This document shows positions 19,690 to 29,600 of a DNA stretch of 36,326 nucleotides, one piece after another (within the stretch, counting starts at the first letter, position 1; every line of letters begins with the position of its first letter). The notes beneath the pieces were generated by a model. That model worked only from the letters and a program-made list of their open reading frames with translations, was not told the DNA's origin and ran no database searches. The position numbers were made by a program, and so were the translations under genes. Origin of the DNA: Gammaproteobacteria bacterium (GTDB taxonomy: Bacteria > Pseudomonadota > Gammaproteobacteria > GRL18); NCBI GenBank assembly GCA_023144715.1, contig JAGLFC010000020.1:1-36326 (forward strand), in the 5' to 3' direction.

Positions 19690-20595
19690 TTATTTGCCCT
19701 TGAAATATTGAGCTAGTTTCATCTGTTCATAATTTTTGGCACGTTGTTTAATTTTACCTTGTTTACCTGTTTGTAGCCATTTTTTGATTCTATTGGCATC
19801 ACCAATTGGGCTACGTTTACCATAAGAATCTAAAAGTACCATAACAACATCTTTATTATTTACTTTTCGTACCACTGTTAAACAACGTCCTGCTTCATCA
19901 AGATAACCTGTTTTACTTAATTTTATATCTTTATTACCTGTGCGAATTAATAAATTAGAATTAGTATAGCCTAAAATATAACGTGGTTTTTTAAAACGAG
20001 CGGTATACACTTGGGTGGTAGTATATTTTTTTATTAATGGATATTTTGTGGCTGCTCTCACCATTTTGGCTAAATCAGAGGCTGTTGATATATTTTTTTC
20101 TGATAAACCTGTTGCATTCACAAAGCGTGTTTTTTTCATACCTAATAATTTTGCTTTGGCATTCATGGCTTTAATAAAGGCTTTTCTACCTCCCGGATAC
20201 GTTCGAGCTAGTGCCGCAGAAGCTAAATTTTCTGAAGACATTAGAGCAATTCTTAATGTATCGGCACGACTGAGTTCTGAACCAATGCGTATTCTGGAAA
20301 AATAATTATTAATGATTTTTTTATCGGCTTTACTAAAACGTATTTTTTCTTTGAGAGGGAGTTTTGCATCCAGTATTACCATAGCGGTCATCAATTTTGT
20401 AATGGATGCTATGGGTACAACCAATTTTGAGTTTTTTGCGACTAATACTGAGCCTGTTTTTAAATCAACAGAAATAGCACTAATAGAAGCAAGATTTACT
20501 GATTTTTGACCTTTTGTATTAGCATGAGCATTTAGGCTATAAGATAAAAAGAGTAACACACTAAAGTAACAGAAATTTAAGCAAATTTTTTTCAT
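19690..20595 (-). CDS. pbpG: D-alanyl-D-alanine endopeptidase (PBP7, peptidase S11)
   Basis: SxxK (ASITKLMT), SxN (MSSEN), KTG (SKTGY); signal peptide. Confidence 0.9.
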   Translation of the reverse strand: MKKICLNFCYFSVLLFLSYSLNAHANTKGQKSVNLASISAISVDLKTGSVLVAKNSKLVVPIASITKLMTAMVILDAKLPLKEKIRFSKADKKIINNYFSRIRIGSELSRADTLRIALMSSENLASAALARTYPGGRKAFIKAMNAKAKLLGMKKTRFVNATGLSEKNISTASDLAKMVRAATKYPLIKKYTTTQVYTARFKKPRYILGYTNSNLLIRTGNKDIKLSKTGYLDEAGRCLTVVRKVNNKDVVMVLLDSYGKRSPIGDANRIKKWLQTGKQGKIKQRAKNYEQMKLAQYFKGK

Positions 20596-20627
20596 ATAAT
20601 TTTTTTCATCATTGTATATGGATTGAT

Positions 20628-21665
20628 TTAAAATTGAACCAGCTCTCGTAATACGGCGGTTGCATAAGTGCCACTCGGTAGTGAAAAAGATAAAGTGACT
20701 TGTGTGAGTGAATCATCTAAACATTGAATTGACATATTTTTAGGGATTAAGCGTATTGAGCGACGTTCTTGTTTTAACCCTTGTTTTTCAAGTCCAGCAC
20801 ACCATTGAGAAAGTGCCTTTGGTGCTTTTTCTAACGAGTTTTTACCCCATAAAGCAACTGTGGGATGAATATCACCTGTATTAAAACGTTGTTGCAGGTC
20901 ATCATTGATTTCAGGTGCATCAAATATTGAATGTGTTCCTGAAAGCATCATAATATCACCATTAAGTAATTTATCCCAGCCTATAGAAAGAATTCTTTGT
21001 GACAACATTTGATTAAAGACCATAGAACGTGCGGCAGAAAGGATAATACTTTTCTCAGCACGTTTTTTAATTTTTATATGACCATTAAACCAACGAGCTG
21101 CACGACTTAAATTATTATAATCATATCCAAAGCGTTGCTGTGCAAAGTAATTAGGGATACCTAATGATTGAATTTGATGGACTTTTTTAATGAGTTCATC
21201 CTGATTTGTTTGTTTAAGTTGTCGAAGAATAATATCAAATTGATTATATTTTATGGATCCTCTTTTTAATTTTCTACGATGCAACGTCTTTTTTAAAAGA
21301 GTCACACCTTCCACTTGAAAATTATCCCAATTAGGGGCTTCAATAATTTCTAAATTAATACTAAACCATTGTTCAGTAATCGCATGTCTATCTTTTAATC
21401 CTGCATAACCAATTTCTTTTACTTCAACGCCTACAAATTCTGCGAGTTTCCGTGCTAACCATTCTGTATTGGTATTGATCTTTTGAATATATAAATAGGC
21501 ATGTGTCCCTTCACCTTCTGGCTCAAAACTTAATACTTCTCGTACAATAAAATCACTATTTTGAGTTTTAAATTTTGCCTGAGCTTTTGGGGGTTCAAAG
21601 GCATAGGCTAACTCTTCTACTGTATGTATTGGGTAATTAGCTAAGTTATTATTAATGTCTGTCAT
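20628..21665 (-). CDS. truD: tRNA pseudouridine(13) synthase
   Basis: DFIVRE, GEGTH, GYAGLKDRHAITEQW, PNYFAQQRFG, LPSGTYATAVLREL. ATG 21665 has AGGA RBS (track start 21722). Confidence 0.95.
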   Translation of the reverse strand: MTDINNNLANYPIHTVEELAYAFEPPKAQAKFKTQNSDFIVREVLSFEPEGEGTHAYLYIQKINTNTEWLARKLAEFVGVEVKEIGYAGLKDRHAITEQWFSINLEIIEAPNWDNFQVEGVTLLKKTLHRRKLKRGSIKYNQFDIILRQLKQTNQDELIKKVHQIQSLGIPNYFAQQRFGYDYNNLSRAARWFNGHIKIKKRAEKSIILSAARSMVFNQMLSQRILSIGWDKLLNGDIMMLSGTHSIFDAPEINDDLQQRFNTGDIHPTVALWGKNSLEKAPKALSQWCAGLEKQGLKQERRSIRLIPKNMSIQCLDDSLTQVTLSFSLPSGTYATAVLRELVQF

Positions 21666-21839
21666 TGTTTTTCCTACTGTATATTGAGCGATAGTATAAT
21701 AGGATTTGGTCAGTTCTAACATAATTTACTTTTAAACAACTCAAATAAATTATAATTGTAAAAATGGATAGGATAAACAATAATTATATGTTTAGATCAC
21801 AATTAAATTCTCTCTTGTTTCAAAAAATGGTAAAAAAAT

Positions 21840-21995
21840 ATGACAATGATTTATCTTTATCTAATAGCTTTGTTTATAGTCTTTATTTATCTTGCCTATC
21901 GCTTGGTACTGAAAAGAAAACGTACTAAAGAGACGTATGAAGATCGTGAAGATGACGTTTTTTATGATGCTGCAAAAAATATTAGACGAGATTAG
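21840..21995 (+). CDS. small single-pass membrane protein (51 aa), not in ORF track
   Basis: MTMIYLYLIALFIVFIYLAYRLVLKRKRTKETYEDREDDVFYDAAKNIRRD*; one TM followed by KRKR; ends 15 bp before the MATE gene. Confidence 0.6.
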   Translation: MTMIYLYLIALFIVFIYLAYRLVLKRKRTKETYEDREDDVFYDAAKNIRRD

Positions 21996-22010
21996 TGCGA
22001 TGTTAATGTA

Positions 22011-23378
22011 TTGAAAAAACAACTTCTTTCATTATTAACAATGGCTCTCCCTATTTTTACAACGCAATTAAGTCAAATGGCAATGGGAGTAGTGGATACC
22101 GTGATGTCGGGTCATGCCAGTACGGTTGATTTAGCCGCGGTGGCAGTAGGATCAAGTCTTTGGATTCCACTGGTTTTTTTGATTGTGGGTATCTTAATGG
22201 CAATCACGCCTACTATTGCTCATTATTATGGAGCCAGTGATTATCATAAGATGGGTCACACCATTCGACAATCTTTATGGATTGGGCTGATTCTCAGCCT
22301 GTTGGGTGGTACAGTATTACTCTCTGCTCATCATTTATTTGTGTTTATGGATATTAAAGCACCTATTTTACCCATTGCGACTGATTATCTTTATGCAATT
22401 GCATGGGGAATGCCCGCGATTGCTGGATACCATATTTTACGCTATCTTAATGAAGGCATTGCCAATCTTATACCTATTATGCTGATTGGATTGCTGGGTC
22501 TATTGGTTAATATTTTATGTAATTATGCCTTAATTTTTGGTCATTTTGGCTTCCCCTCACTGGGTGGGGTAGGTGCGGGTTGGGCTACAGTGATCACTCA
22601 CTATTTTATGTTTTTATGCTTATTGATTTATGTTTATAAAAGTAAAAAATTTATTCCGATTCAACTTTTTCAAGCAGATTTAGCACCTCACTTTCAGGAA
22701 TTAAAGACCTTATTAAAACTTGGTCTGCCTATTGGTATTACTTTTTTTGTTGAAGGCAGTATTTTTTCTGTCATTTCTTTATTTTTAGCCTCAATGGGCG
22801 TTGTAACAGTAGCCTCTCACCAAATTGCATTAAGTTTTTCTTCTTTAATTTTTATTTTTCCTTTAAGTCTATCAATCAGTCTGACCATTCAAATAGGGCA
22901 TCAATGTGGTGCAAAACAATGGCAAATGATCAGTGATACGATCAAGGCAGGCTATTTAATCAGTTTTGGTATTTCTATTTTCTCAGCCTTTTTAATCACC
23001 CGATTTTCTACTGAAATTGCATCCTTGTATACGGATAATCATGAGGTCATTGATTTAGCCAGTCATTTAATGATTTTTACAGCCTTGTACCAATTTTCTG
23101 ATGGTATTCAACTGTGTTCAGCAGGTGCATTACGCGGTATGAAAGATACGACAATACCCATGTTATTATCAATTGTATCGTATTGGATCATTGGTTTTCC
23201 CTTAGGGTATACCTTAGCTTTAACGGATATAATAACTGATGCAATGGGAGCTAAGGGATTTTGGATTGGCTTATTATGTGGGCTGACTTTATCCGCTATA
23301 TTAATGACTCTTAGACTTTATGTTAAAAGAAAAAAATGGCTAAAGGGACTGGAGTGTCCAGCCCCTATTTTAAAATAA
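22011..23378 (+). CDS. norM: MATE-family efflux transporter (NorM-like)
   Basis: MGVVDTVMSG, DLAAVAVG, LGGVGAGWAT, LGLPIG, VASHQIA, YQFSDGIQ, GALRGMKDT; ~12 TM; TTG start. Confidence 0.9.
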   Translation: MKKQLLSLLTMALPIFTTQLSQMAMGVVDTVMSGHASTVDLAAVAVGSSLWIPLVFLIVGILMAITPTIAHYYGASDYHKMGHTIRQSLWIGLILSLLGGTVLLSAHHLFVFMDIKAPILPIATDYLYAIAWGMPAIAGYHILRYLNEGIANLIPIMLIGLLGLLVNILCNYALIFGHFGFPSLGGVGAGWATVITHYFMFLCLLIYVYKSKKFIPIQLFQADLAPHFQELKTLLKLGLPIGITFFVEGSIFSVISLFLASMGVVTVASHQIALSFSSLIFIFPLSLSISLTIQIGHQCGAKQWQMISDTIKAGYLISFGISIFSAFLITRFSTEIASLYTDNHEVIDLASHLMIFTALYQFSDGIQLCSAGALRGMKDTTIPMLLSIVSYWIIGFPLGYTLALTDIITDAMGAKGFWIGLLCGLTLSAILMTLRLYVKRKKWLKGLECPAPILK

Positions 23379-23396
23379 GGTGTCATATATTATATT

Positions 23397-25169
23397 TTAA
23401 GAGGCATTTTTAGGGTGCATGACTTGTTTTGATATCGATCTTGCTAATGAATAAATACGAGTTATTTTTTCCATGAGTGAAACTTCAAGACGTGCCATTT
23501 TCCAATAATCATCTTGTTCACCCCCCAAATGATTTGATTTTCTGGATAATATTTTATTTTCATAATGCTTAATTGTTCTTCTTTGATTAATAATGGTTTC
23601 TGCGACTTGCTGATCATTTTGACCAATCACCACGACACTGTCTTCAAGTGTGACACAAATGTCATGATAAAATTCAAGAAAAATTTCTTTTGTTAAATCA
23701 CTGACTTTATACTTATGATCAATAAAATATTGCAATATCTCAGCAATATCATTGCGTATAATAGAAGACTGATTTTGTAAATGAATGGTAGTAGACATCA
23801 TGGCTTGATGATCAAAACTTTCCTGTTCAGTCAGTTCTTCTCTTCGTAATTGGCTTAAATAACCTAATACTGCATCGGCAAGAATATTCACTTTTTCAAA
23901 CTTTAAAAAAATCTCTTTTAATTGTTTGCGATCTTGGTTGACGGTAGCCACTCGTATATTACTAAACATTTCACTATTGAGTTCCGCCATACGTGCTAAT
24001 TCAAGACGTACCTGACCTAATGCAAGACTGGGAGTATTTAAGGTATCCTCCATGATATATTTAGGTTCAATAAGAATACTGGTGTCCTTAGAAGGTTCTG
24101 GAGCAATAAAAACGGCTAATCGAGCAAACCAGCCTGTAAAACCAATGAATATAATGGTATTGATCACATTAAATAATGTATTGGCATTGGCTATTTGTCG
24201 GGGTACAGCACTGGCGAGGCTTTCTCCCTCTGCGACAGGTGATAAGGCGGTGGCAAATTCGGCTAATTGTGGTATAAAGAATAACCAGAGTAAAACGCCT
24301 AACACATTAAATAAGACATGAACAATGGCAGCACGTACTGCTTCAACAGGTTTGCCTATGGCGGCCATCATGGCAGTGACACAGGTGCCAATATTAGCCC
24401 CCATCGCAAGTGCAATGCCTGCGGGTAAACTTAATAAACCTTCACTTGCCATAGCAATAGCAATACCTACAGTGGCAGCAGATGATTGCACCAAGCCTGT
24501 AAAAATAGCCCCAGCAAGCACACCAATCATGGGTTTTTCCATGGACTTTAAAAATTCGATAAAAGGCTCAAAGGTGCGTAAAGGACCCATTGCATCACTC
24601 ATAAGTCCCATACCAAAAAAGACCAGTCCTAGCCCCATTAGCATCATGCCGTAATATTGAATTTTTTCACGTTTGGCAATAAAAGTCATAAAAAAGCCAA
24701 TAGCAATGGGTAATAAAGCATAGGCAGATAAATTAAAGGCGAGTAATTGAGCGGTCATAGTGCTACCAATATTGGCACCCATGATGACTCCAACGGATTG
24801 ACTCAGAGTCATAACACCCGCGGTAATAAAGCTAACCACTAACACGGTGGTCACAGAAGATGAATTCAAAATACCCGTGACAATAGCACCTGTGAGTGCA
24901 CCCATAAAACGATTGGTGGTGAGTTTGGATAATAATACTTTGAGCGTTTCACCCGCTGCTTTTTTTAAGCCATTGGAGAGCATATCAAGCCCTGCAAGAA
25001 AAAGTGCTAAACCACCAAAAAGTCCCATGCCTAATTGCAACCAATCAATAGAAGTCTGTTGAGAGGTATCAATCACTGCTGGAGCAGCTGAAAGTGTGGT
25101 TGCACCTATAAATAATGCAATTAATAGCATAAAACCAATTATTTTATGTGTGGGTATCATAGTCAACAT
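23397..25169 (-). CDS. Na/Pi cotransporter family protein with C-terminal PhoU-like domain
   Basis: GGLALFL, NSSSVTT...MGANIGST and QSSAAT...MGANIGTC repeats, RQIANANTLFN; helical soluble C-terminus. Confidence 0.92.
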   Translation of the reverse strand: MLTMIPTHKIIGFMLLIALFIGATTLSAAPAVIDTSQQTSIDWLQLGMGLFGGLALFLAGLDMLSNGLKKAAGETLKVLLSKLTTNRFMGALTGAIVTGILNSSSVTTVLVVSFITAGVMTLSQSVGVIMGANIGSTMTAQLLAFNLSAYALLPIAIGFFMTFIAKREKIQYYGMMLMGLGLVFFGMGLMSDAMGPLRTFEPFIEFLKSMEKPMIGVLAGAIFTGLVQSSAATVGIAIAMASEGLLSLPAGIALAMGANIGTCVTAMMAAIGKPVEAVRAAIVHVLFNVLGVLLWLFFIPQLAEFATALSPVAEGESLASAVPRQIANANTLFNVINTIIFIGFTGWFARLAVFIAPEPSKDTSILIEPKYIMEDTLNTPSLALGQVRLELARMAELNSEMFSNIRVATVNQDRKQLKEIFLKFEKVNILADAVLGYLSQLRREELTEQESFDHQAMMSTTIHLQNQSSIIRNDIAEILQYFIDHKYKVSDLTKEIFLEFYHDICVTLEDSVVVIGQNDQQVAETIINQRRTIKHYENKILSRKSNHLGGEQDDYWKMARLEVSLMEKITRIYSLARSISKQVMHPKNAS

Positions 25170-25374
25170 GCCTTATGTAATATTTTATATGCTATAAAAT
25201 ATATTAGTATAATTAGGATTAAAAGTTTATCATATTATTAGGTAAAATAAATTAAGGGTAAACCTTAATAGAACTTATGAACAAAAATGATACAATTAAA
25301 AAAAATAAATTGATAATTAGAATATTAATAAATATTAATATTATGATTACAAATAACAATTAAAAAGGTATTTA

Positions 25375-26520
25375 ATGATGTTAAGGCGTTTAAGCGACTT
25401 TTTTGTTTTAACGGTGACTTTTGGGCTATTATTTGCCGGGCAAGCGTTTGCTAGTGAAATTATTGATGTAGGAACACATAAAGATGTAGAGCAAATTTAT
25501 CTTGGTGGTAGTGTTATTCCTTATAAAGAGGTAACACTCTCTGCACAAATGCCAGGACGTATTGAATTTGTTGCTGGAGAAGAGGGTGATTCTTTTGAAA
25601 CAGGTGTTTTATTGTTAACCATGAGTGACGAAAGTTTATTGGCAAAACGTAAATCTGCTATGGCTCAATATGATCAAGCAATGGCAGGATTACAAAACTC
25701 TCAAGTGCAATATAATAGAGAATTATGGTCACCACAATCAGAAAATGCCACGCAAATGCCTGGTATGGGACTCCCCGGAATGTTTGATCAGATGTTTACC
25801 AAACAGATGAGCGACTCTATGGGCTATGGTGATACAGATGTACAGCGTCGTGCGGATCTTTATAATCAAGGTTCGGCCGTTAATCAGGCTAAAACTAACG
25901 TAAGAAGTGCACGTGAAGCCATTAATGAAATAGATGCTATGCTTCGTGATACTCGTTCAATTGCACCTTTTAAAGGAATGATCATCAAGAAGTTTATCGA
26001 AGTAGGTGATACCGTTCAACCGGGAATGCCCTTATTGTCTTTTGCCAATACTGATTATATAAAAATTCGTACCGAAGTACCTGTACGTCTTATACCGTAT
26101 TTAAAAGTAGGCGATACTGTTCAAGCATACCTTGATGTGAGTGGTATGATGATTCCAGCAAAAGTGACTCAAATTTATCCTTTAGCCGATAAAAGTAAAC
26201 ATACAGTGACGGTAAAATTTGATTTACCTATTGGCACAACAGGCGTGCCGGGTATGTATGCTGAAGTGGCTATTCCTGTTAAAAATTCCAAACCCAGCAC
26301 CTCTATTATTATCCCTCAAACAAGCATTCTTAAACATTTGGGCAGTTTACCCAGTGTTTTAGTGATGAATAATCAAGGTATGGCAGAAATGCACGTGATA
26401 CGCTTAGGTAAAAAAGTGGATGGTGGTAAGTCTTATGTGGTACTTTCAGGGCTAAAATCAGGTGATAAAATTGTTAACCATCCGCCAAAAAACTGGCGAC
26501 CTGGTTTAAAATTAAAATAG
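25375..26520 (+). CDS. RND efflux periplasmic adaptor (membrane fusion protein)
   Basis: N-terminal signal, lipoyl halves (SAQMPGRI...EGD; IAPFKGMI...VGDTVQPG), IYPLAD, PGMYAEV, VLSGLKSGDKIV. Confidence 0.9.
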   Translation: MMLRRLSDFFVLTVTFGLLFAGQAFASEIIDVGTHKDVEQIYLGGSVIPYKEVTLSAQMPGRIEFVAGEEGDSFETGVLLLTMSDESLLAKRKSAMAQYDQAMAGLQNSQVQYNRELWSPQSENATQMPGMGLPGMFDQMFTKQMSDSMGYGDTDVQRRADLYNQGSAVNQAKTNVRSAREAINEIDAMLRDTRSIAPFKGMIIKKFIEVGDTVQPGMPLLSFANTDYIKIRTEVPVRLIPYLKVGDTVQAYLDVSGMMIPAKVTQIYPLADKSKHTVTVKFDLPIGTTGVPGMYAEVAIPVKNSKPSTSIIIPQTSILKHLGSLPSVLVMNNQGMAEMHVIRLGKKVDGGKSYVVLSGLKSGDKIVNHPPKNWRPGLKLK

Positions 26521-26621
26521 TGTACTCAGTGGCTTGTCATACGATTTATATGAACTCATTGATATAAATCGCTACAATCTAAATTAAGAAATAATGAATC
26601 AGTACGAGTAATAGTAAATCT

Positions 26622-29600
26622 ATGGATACTTCAGATAATAAACATGGTTTGGGTCTTGCGGGTAATTTAACGAAGACCTTTATGCATTCACCATTAACAT
26701 TGTTGCTTATTATAGCAACCTTTGCTATTGGTTTTGCTGGCTTTATGATGACACCAAGGCAGGAAGATCCTCAAATATCAGTGCCAATGGTGGATGTTTT
26801 TGTGAATTATCCTGGAGCATCAGCCAAGCAAGTTGCTTCTCTTGTTACCGATCCACTCGAACGGATTATGAGTGAAATTCCTGGTGTTGACCATGTTTAT
26901 TCTGCTTCACAGCGTGATCAAGCGGTTGTGACGGTGCAGTTTGAAGTGGGCGAGGAAATGGGCGAATCATTGGTTAAATTGTATGATAAATTACAATCCA
27001 ATATGGACAAAATTCCACCGGGCGTATCACCACCGTTAGTAAAACCCAAGGGAGTGGATGATGTGCCTATGGTTGCATTAACACTTTGGTCAGATAGTCT
27101 TGATGATGCGGCATTACGTTTAATTGGTCTTGATGTCATGCAAGAACTTAATGAAATTCCAGAAACTAGCCAAAGCTTTGTGATCAGTGGTCGTCAAGAA
27201 CAACTTAGAATTGAAGTTAAGCCCGAACGATTGGCTGGCTATGGTATCACTATGGCACAAATAGCTGGTACCATTATGACGGCCAATAGTGAAAAAACAG
27301 TGGGTTCAATTGAATCAGGTGAAAGTAGCTTTAATCTTTATACAGGTTCTTTTTTACATACCGCAGAAGATGTTGAACATCTAGTGGTGGCAATACATGA
27401 TGGAAATCCTGTTTATATTAGAGATATTGCTAAAGTGATTCATGGTCCTGGAGAAACCCACAAATTTGTTAATTTCTATACAGGTGCTGCCTCAACAGAA
27501 AGTAAGGCGGCTAATGGTGTGCCAGCAGTCACACTCGCTTTGGCTAAAAAGAGCGGTACCAATGGTATCAGTGTCGTTGAAGAAATTTTAAAACGTGTTG
27601 AATCAATGAAGGGTCGTCTGATTCCTAGTAATGTTGAAGTAAGCGTAACACGTAATTATGGTAAATCAGCACAAGATAAAGTCAATGGTTTAATGTTTAA
27701 GCTGGTATTAGTCACCGTTGCCGTCTCTATTCTTATTCTTGGATTTTTAAATTGGCGTGCTGCTTTAGTCTGTTTTATTGTGATTCCTAATGTTATTTTA
27801 GTGACCACCTTCTTTGCATTAATGATGGGCTATACCATTGACCGAGTGAGCTTATTTGCCTTAATCTTTTCTATTGGTATATTGGTAGATGATGCCATTG
27901 TGGTGGTCGAAAATATGTATCGGCGTTGGGCAATGGATGGTGAAATTTCAGATGCAACCTCCATTGATGCGGTAAGAGAAGTCGGAAATCCGACCATTCT
28001 TGCGACCTTTACAGTCATTGCTGCTTTATTACCTATGGCAATTGTACGAGGTATGATGGGACCTTATATGGAACCTATCCCAGCACTGGGTTCAGTCGCG
28101 ATGATGTATTCCTTGTTCGCAGCCTTTGCTTTTACACCATACTTAGCCATTCGTTTTAAACCCAGTATGGATTCTTTGAATAAAATGGAAGAATCTGAAC
28201 ATAATACTGTTCGGTTATTAGATGGTTTTTATCGTTCTATTTTAAATCCTCTTATTGATAGCAAATTTGCGGGCAACACCTTTTTAATCTCTTTATTTGT
28301 GGTCTTCTTTTTATGTTGTAGCTTACTTTATGTGAAAGCAGTTAAAGTAAAAATGATGCCCTTAGATAATAAATCTGTTTTTAATGTGGTGGTTAACTTT
28401 CCTGCGGGCACTTCACTGCCTGTAACCGCTAATTTAACGCGCCAATTTGCTGAAGAAGTGAGAAAAATTTCTGAAGTCACCGCTATTCAATCTTATGTGG
28501 GTACTGCTTCTCCTTATGATTTTAATGGTTTAGTACGTCACTATTACTTGCGTCAACAGCCTTGGCAATCGGATTTGAATGTACAGTTAGTGGATAAAAA
28601 AGAACGTGATCGGAGCAGTCATGAAGTGGCTGTAGAAGTCAGAAATACCTTAACCGCAATGGTGGCTGCAAAAGTTAAAGAAGGGACTTACACCGAAAAT
28701 AGTAAACCCAAGTTTCAAATTGTAGAAATGCCACCAGGTCCCCCTGTGCTACAAACAATGGTTGCTGAAGTGTATGGACCGACTGCACATGAACGTCATG
28801 CGGTTGCTATGCGATTAACCGAATTATTTGAACAATCTGAAATTATTACGGATGTGGACAATTATATTCAAAAACCTTATGAAATATGGACATTTCAAGT
28901 CAATCGTGAAAAATCAATTCGTACGGGTGTTACCGTTGATGCCATTAATAAGGCATTAGAAATGGCGATGGGTGGCTTTGTTTTGGGTGATATTAAAGAT
29001 GGTTCAATATTAGATCCCACCATGATTATATTACAAGTTCCCCTTGATATTCGTGCTAATTTTAACTCATTAAGCCAATTACCTGTGCCTACTATGCAAG
29101 GAACGAGTGTACCTTTGGCAGAATTAGGTCTATTTAGTAAAGGCTATAAAGAAGCCATTATTTTCCATAAAGATTTAAGAGATGTTGAATATGTGATTGG
29201 TGAGGTTCAAGGCAAATTAGCATCCCCTATTTATGCCATTCTTGAAGTGAATAAATTTCTTCAAAAAGAAGAAAACTTAGGGCCTCGAAAGGAGATCATA
29301 GAAGGGACTCTCACTGGACCTCCTGATGCTGGAGATATGCATAATTTTTCAGGCTTTGAGTGGGCAGGTGAATGGATTGTCACTTATGAAACCTTTCGTG
29401 ATATGGGACTGGCATTTGGTGTCGCTATTATTTTAATTTATATGCTGGTTGTGTGGGAATTTGGTAATTTTAGTTTGCCCGCAGTGATTATTTCACCCAT
29501 TCCACTGACATTAATTGGTATTTTACCGGGTCATGCTTTAATGGGTGCAGAATTTACCGCCACTTCTATGATTGGTTTCATTGCATTGGCGGGTATTATT

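Noticed and set aside
20790-20860. TruD looks slightly short after HPTVALWG
   Set aside because: In frame, in a variable region, with catalytic motifs intact; not evidence of a pseudogene.
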